From: the human T2T-CHM13v2.0 reference genome, Homo sapiens | Length of the DNA stretch: 64,000 nt | Direction: 5' to 3' (one strand) | NCBI RefSeq assembly: GCF_009914755.1 | Contig: NC_060934.1 | In this document: positions 58,321 through 64,000 of the stretch, in pieces | Layout of the letters: the number at the start of each line of letters is the position of its first letter | Numbering within the stretch: position 1 is the first letter of the stretch | Program-made: the position numbers and the translations under genes | Notes under the pieces: model-generated | Told to the model about the DNA's origin: nothing | The model's database searches: none | What the model saw: the letters and a program-made list of their open reading frames with translations, nothing else

Positions 58321-58875
58321 TCTTTATTGACTTTTTACAACTCAATAAAATTAATAAAAAAGAAAAAATTTCTTCCAAATTTAAAACAAACAAATCTTAA
58401 AAGTGGGTGAATGAACTAAAAGCATAAGATAATGAATGAGTATAAGGAAAAAACATCACAAAAGACACTGTGGTTAAGTCAATATTTGGGGGGGAAAAAG
58501 GGAAATGGCCAGCATTTGAAGAAACATAGGACAAAGCAAAACAAAATTTAAAAGCCAGTATAGAGGATGGAATACTAAAAAATAGAACCAAGGAATCCAA
58601 ATAAAACTAGTAAAACATGGCCTATTGAGTATGTATAACAGATACTCATGATGAAAAAGCAAAAGTGATTGAAATCACGTGTAGTTTCACATAAAGAAGC
58701 AAATTCTAAGGAGTAATTTTAAGCAGCAAAAGCAGAGAACCTTTTCATATATATTAATTCAATACAAATGAGCTAAAATATAAAACAGGAAGTGACAGTA
58801 ATTTTTTACTACTTAAGAAACAAAATCAATGCTCCTTTTATGTGTTAGTTGTTCAAACTTTTAAAAAAATCTTTA

Positions 58876-59082
58876 TTTTCTGTTCCTGCCTTCATTTGCC
58901 AAGAATCATGGCCTCCAGCTTCATCTGGAGGAGGGAGAGGATCAGGAAAAATAACTAATGGATACTAGACTTAATACCTGGGTATGAAATAATCTGTACA
59001 ACGAACTCCCCAAGACACAAATTTATCTATGTAACAAACCTGCACATATACCCCTGAATTTAAAATAAAAGTTTAAAAAAAA
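58876..59082 (+). mobile_element. Very short L1PA 3' end with an inverted 5' piece
   Basis: Sense gagggagaggatcaggaaaaataactaatgg...aaaataaaagtt preceded by antisense tgttcctgc...atggcctccagcttcatc. Confidence 0.8.
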
Positions 59083-60575
59083 CTCTTTAAAACAAAACAT
59101 AATTTTTTTATCATTTCACATTTAAAATAATCAGACCTAAATTTACATCCCAAAACTTTAACTTCATCAATGAATACCCTAAAAACACTATCTTTTATGT
59201 CTCATGTCTCTCAAGAGGAAGAATATGTCATCAGTCACCAAGGTTTCCAGAAACAGTGACCGGTTTCATTGAGCCGTTCTCTATTTCTATTTCCTTGGTG
59301 ACCATATTACAAGAAAGCTAGCTAGGGTACTGGGCTCTCTTCATAATCATAGAAAAGACAATTCTAGAGAAGAGCTAACTGGTTCATATGAAAGTAGAAT
59401 ATGTCTAAAACTATTACTCAAAATTAATAATATCAACTTTAACCCCCGCCCCCAAAATACAATAAAGGTTAAAAAGTGACCGCAGTTTAATAAAAAGGCA
59501 GCAGCATTTGCTCTCTCAAATCAAAACTCATCATAATGAAAACAGTAATTGCTATTAGTGCAATAAGGAATTTTGGTTCTGAAAACTCTGTTTTAAGTTA
59601 TGCTGTACCAGAATCATACTGTGGAGCTATAGATGAAGTGGCTCTGGAGAAGACTTCATCCAATTGCCTCTATATCCCCTGCTGAAAATAGTTGAACACT
59701 ATGCTCTGACAGGGTACATAATATTAAGATATTTTCTCTTACATGGGCTAACTATCCAATTGTCTAAGTGCTTTAAGTATTATTTCTCAGGGAGAATAAT
59801 TAGTTTTTGGCAACCTGTACATGAGTCCCATTGATAAACCGCATAGATTTATCAAAACCAATTATTAATGAAAAATGTTTCTATTAATGTTACCTAAATT
59901 TATCTATGTTATGTTTTTTCTTGAACCATTCAACAAAAGCTAAAGGCTGTTTTCCTCATAATAAAACTACACTTTCACAAACATAATGTAGAAGGAGGAC
60001 ATGTGGCTTAATTTTCTTCTTGAGAATGATGTTGTTCAGACTTTTGACTTATGCTAATGCGGTGGGCTTAAGGGATCCTTAAACCCTCTGGCCACAAAAA
60101 GAAAATATTTAAAAGACTCAAATAAATTAATCTACAATTTTGCAAAGAAGTAAACGAATTAAGCTAAGGCTGGAGGTAAAGCCTATGTACTTAACTCAGG
60201 TTAATTCCTCATAACAGTTCTGAGGTAGGTAATATTCCTCCCTTTTTATAGATATTATTCCCTCTATACAGATACAGAGTGATTATAAAATTTGGCCAAG
60301 GCTACACAGCTTGTTGATGCCAGGGTTCTGATTTTCTAATCCAATTAGAAACATGAGTAATAAGCAAGAGCCTATCAAAACTGACCTGGTAGATGTGAAA
60401 AACAATCTAAGAATTTCTAAAACTGAAAAATATAATACTTGAAATAATAAGCTCAATGAAAGAGTCAGATAGTAGAAGAGCTTCAAATGAACCAGAAGAA
60501 AGGAAAAGAAATTATCCAGGACATAGCACAGAAAGACAGAAAATATGAAAGAGACGTTAAAAAAGACATGAAATA

Positions 60576-60879
60576 GGCCAGGCACAGTGGCTTAACCTGT
60601 AATGCCAGCCAAACTTGGGAGGCCAAAGCGGGCAGACTGCTTGAGCTCAGGAGTTCAAGACCAGCCTGAGCAAGATAATGAAACTCTGTCTCTACAAAAA
60701 AAACACCAAAATTAGCCAGGTGTGGTGGCGTGCACCTGTAGTCCCAGAGACTTGGGGTGCTAAGGCAGGAGAATCGCTTGAGCCCAGGAGGTTGAGGTTG
60801 CAGTGAGAGCCATGTTCACGCCACTGCATTCCAACCTGGGCAACAGAGTGAGACCCTGTCTCAACAAAACAAAACAAAA
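60576..60879 (+). mobile_element. Alu (Jb-like) inside an old L1 ORF1 fragment
   Basis: TSD acatgaaata. Confidence 0.9.
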
Positions 60880-61047
60880 CATGAAATAGAAATAAGGTCC
60901 TACATATATCCAACTTGCATTCCAGAAGGAGATAAAACATGGAGAACAATAATTGAAGAAATAATAACTGAATTTTAAATAATTCTAAATATAATACTTT
61001 TTTTAAAAAGGCAAAAACAGATTACAAAATAGGAAATACTAAAGTTG

Positions 61048-61417
<370 letters not shown>

Positions 61418-62228
61418 TCATTAAAAAAAAAAAAAAAAAAAGGGAAAATGGTTCTAGGATGTTTATTTCCAGCAATCTGGCTGAAAAAACAAACATGCCA
61501 GATTAACTTCTTTTTAACTTTCTTTTAAACCACTAAGCTGACAAGAAAGCACAGAATATTCAGAGGCCAAAAACTAAATGAAAACTGGGAACCTGAAGAG
61601 GAAAACTGAAAAATAAAGCTCTCTTTCTCTTTGGTCACATAACAGGGAACAAGCTATGGTTTCACAGCCATACAGGAGGAAGAGGAAAAGCCTAGGATAC
61701 AAGTCTGTCTCGTATAAAATTGGGATCCTAAAGATAGGCATAGGTGACAGGAAGTGAGAAAGTGTTGTCAGTTTCAGCTACTAATGAACTCTGTCAAATG
61801 AAAATCAGGGAAGTGACTAAGAATTGACAGTATAAGGAATTATGGTGAAAGTCAAAAGTAAGAACCGAGGAAAACAGAAAGAACAGTTTTTTAAAAAAAT
61901 GTACACAATACCCACGGACACTAGTCACTTCCTCTCCTTAGCACTGTAGGTTCTGAAAATTCCAAGGACAGGCTTTACTCTGGTGTTTTCTCTTCTGCTG
62001 TGTCTGTTTCAGGCATTTAGGCAATCTACTAATGTTTTGGTAAACACGAAGTCCTCAAATTGGATAAAGTTTATACAAACCATATTCTTTTGGATCCTTA
62101 TCACTTAGTCATAAGTGTAAATAATTATGAAAAAAAAGTTTGTACAAAAGCATAGTAAGTAGCCCAGCAAATTTTCTATTAAGAACAAAAAAACCAACAC
62201 AAGTTGAGGGCAGATTTTATTCAAATAC

Positions 62229-62335
62229 CTGGCAGCTGTGATCAGTATCCAATCCATCCCAGAGACTCATAAACTGAGCTTTCATCATGGCTGTAGCTTC
62301 ATGGTCAGAACTTGAACGGTTTCGTAGAAAGGAGT
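62229..62335 (-). CDS. ATAD1: ATAD1 exon 6, after Walker B, includes pore loop 2
   Basis: ttctag|AC; (D)[35 protein letters not shown]; CAG|gtattt; 107 nt; upstream exons lie beyond the window. Confidence 0.98.
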
Positions 62336-62362
62336 CTAGAAGTAAAAGGTCCTTAACCTTAG

Positions 62363-62677
<315 letters not shown>

Positions 62678-62699
62678 TTATTTTATTTACTCTTTATGT

Positions 62700-62850
62700 A
62701 ATTTCAAATGTTCCTAACATACTGAAATGATAAAACGTTTTAGATGATGGGTATTCTAATTACCCTGGTCTGATCACTATATACTATAGTGATCATTGAA
62801 ATGTCACTCTGTACCCCATAAATATGTGCAATTATTATGTCAATTAAGAA
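62700..62850 (+). mobile_element. L1MA-type 3' end fragment
   Basis: gaaatgataaa...gatgatggg...taattaccctg...tgtaccccataaatatgt. Confidence 0.7.
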
Positions 62851-64000
62851 AAATGAAAAGAAAAAAAGTGTTTTAAAGCTGAAAACTTTATGAAAGATTA
62901 CAAAAAAATTGGGCTATGTGTTTTAGACATTCTGATACAATAAACTTGGTAAATTATTAGGCAAATTAAAACACAATCATTCATAATTTTTGTTTCTTCT
63001 CTAAAAATACATTCATGACAACATATGTAAGAAAAATGAAGGATCTAGTACTGAGAGGCTGGAAGAGTTATGTGGAATCTCAGATGAAAGCCTGTGTGTT
63101 TTGCCTCTAACTTTCTAGGTCACCTGAACCCTATGTGCTCTTAGTTATGTTGCATACTTTTTTCTCATGCAGTTTCCTGTTAATAAATAAAAACGACATG
63201 GAAAAATGAGCAAAACACTATTAAGCCGAAAAATGTAGGACAGAAAATGATTTAAAACATATATGCTGGAATGTACATACATATGTTATACAAGGTAAAA
63301 AAAGGTTTTATGGAAATATACCAAAATGCTAATTACGTTGTATTATAGCTCAGGGATGGATTTAAGGACAAGTTTAACTTTCTCTTTTAAATTATTTTCT
63401 GTCTTCCAAATTATCTACAATGAACATGAAATGCTTTTTTAAAAAAAGGGGAAAACAATTTTATTTTAGAATATAAGACTGAAAGGTGCTACATCCTAAT
63501 AATTTAAAAAAAAAAACAGTAAAAATAAATCTAGGATTTTCTAGTACAATCCCCATTTCAAATGTTTTGTCTTATATCCCTATAAATCACTTTTATTTCT
63601 GAATAACTATTACATTTTAGCATTGAAACTACAACACAAACTTTGTCGATCATACATGCAAGTGGCACAAAAATATCTTGTAATGTGCTATGTCCACACT
63701 TCAAAAAAGTATTTTTTATAAAAAGTAATTTCAGCAAAAACACATTACCATGACACATGAGAGTCCTGCAATGGCAAACATATATCCTAGATTTATTTAA
63801 AGTTTAATTCTGTAAAATCTGTCCTATCATTGGACTATAATTCAAACTAACCCATCTATTCTGAAGGTGGAAAAACCAGTCATTTTAAAACTGCCTAATT
63901 TTTAAAGATAAATTTTAAAATTCAACTGCCTACTTAATCTTCCTAATCTTCACTAAGTGGTTTTGGCAAGATGGTTACTTAAAATAATATGAAAAAATGC

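Overview
Primate (human-like) genomic DNA, AT-rich and repeat-dense. It holds the 3' halves of two convergent genes, which I recognise as the 10q23 PAPSS2-ATAD1 locus next to PTEN. On the + strand is PAPSS2 (bifunctional APS kinase / ATP sulfurylase): the end of one APS-kinase exon at 1-63, then nine more coding exons to the stop at 31876-31878, including the 15-nt alternative GMALP micro-exon at 7635-7649, and a 3' UTR to about 33612. On the - strand is ATAD1 (Msp1/Thorase AAA+ ATPase): its last five coding exons (62335 down to the stop at 40594-40596) and a 3' UTR with poly(A) signals at 39038-39043 and 37437-37442. All exon boundaries were read by hand as GT-AG and are phase-consistent; exon numbers follow my recollection of the reference gene structures. 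The rest is transposon relics: about 30 Alus, a near full-length nested Tigger1, Charlie1, MER20, MER1, MLT2, MST and MER4-group LTRs, L1, L2 and MIR. Subfamily names are from memory of consensus sequences, not from a search. I see no evidence for a wholly new gene system. The best leads are a MIR-derived alternative ATAD1 exon (LRKLKPREVL*), an orphan 57-nt exon-like unit antisense to ATAD1, a long-range complementary pair in the ATAD1 3' UTR, candidate intronic polyadenylation at the PAPSS2 kinase/sulfurylase boundary, and two closely spaced inverted Alu pairs.
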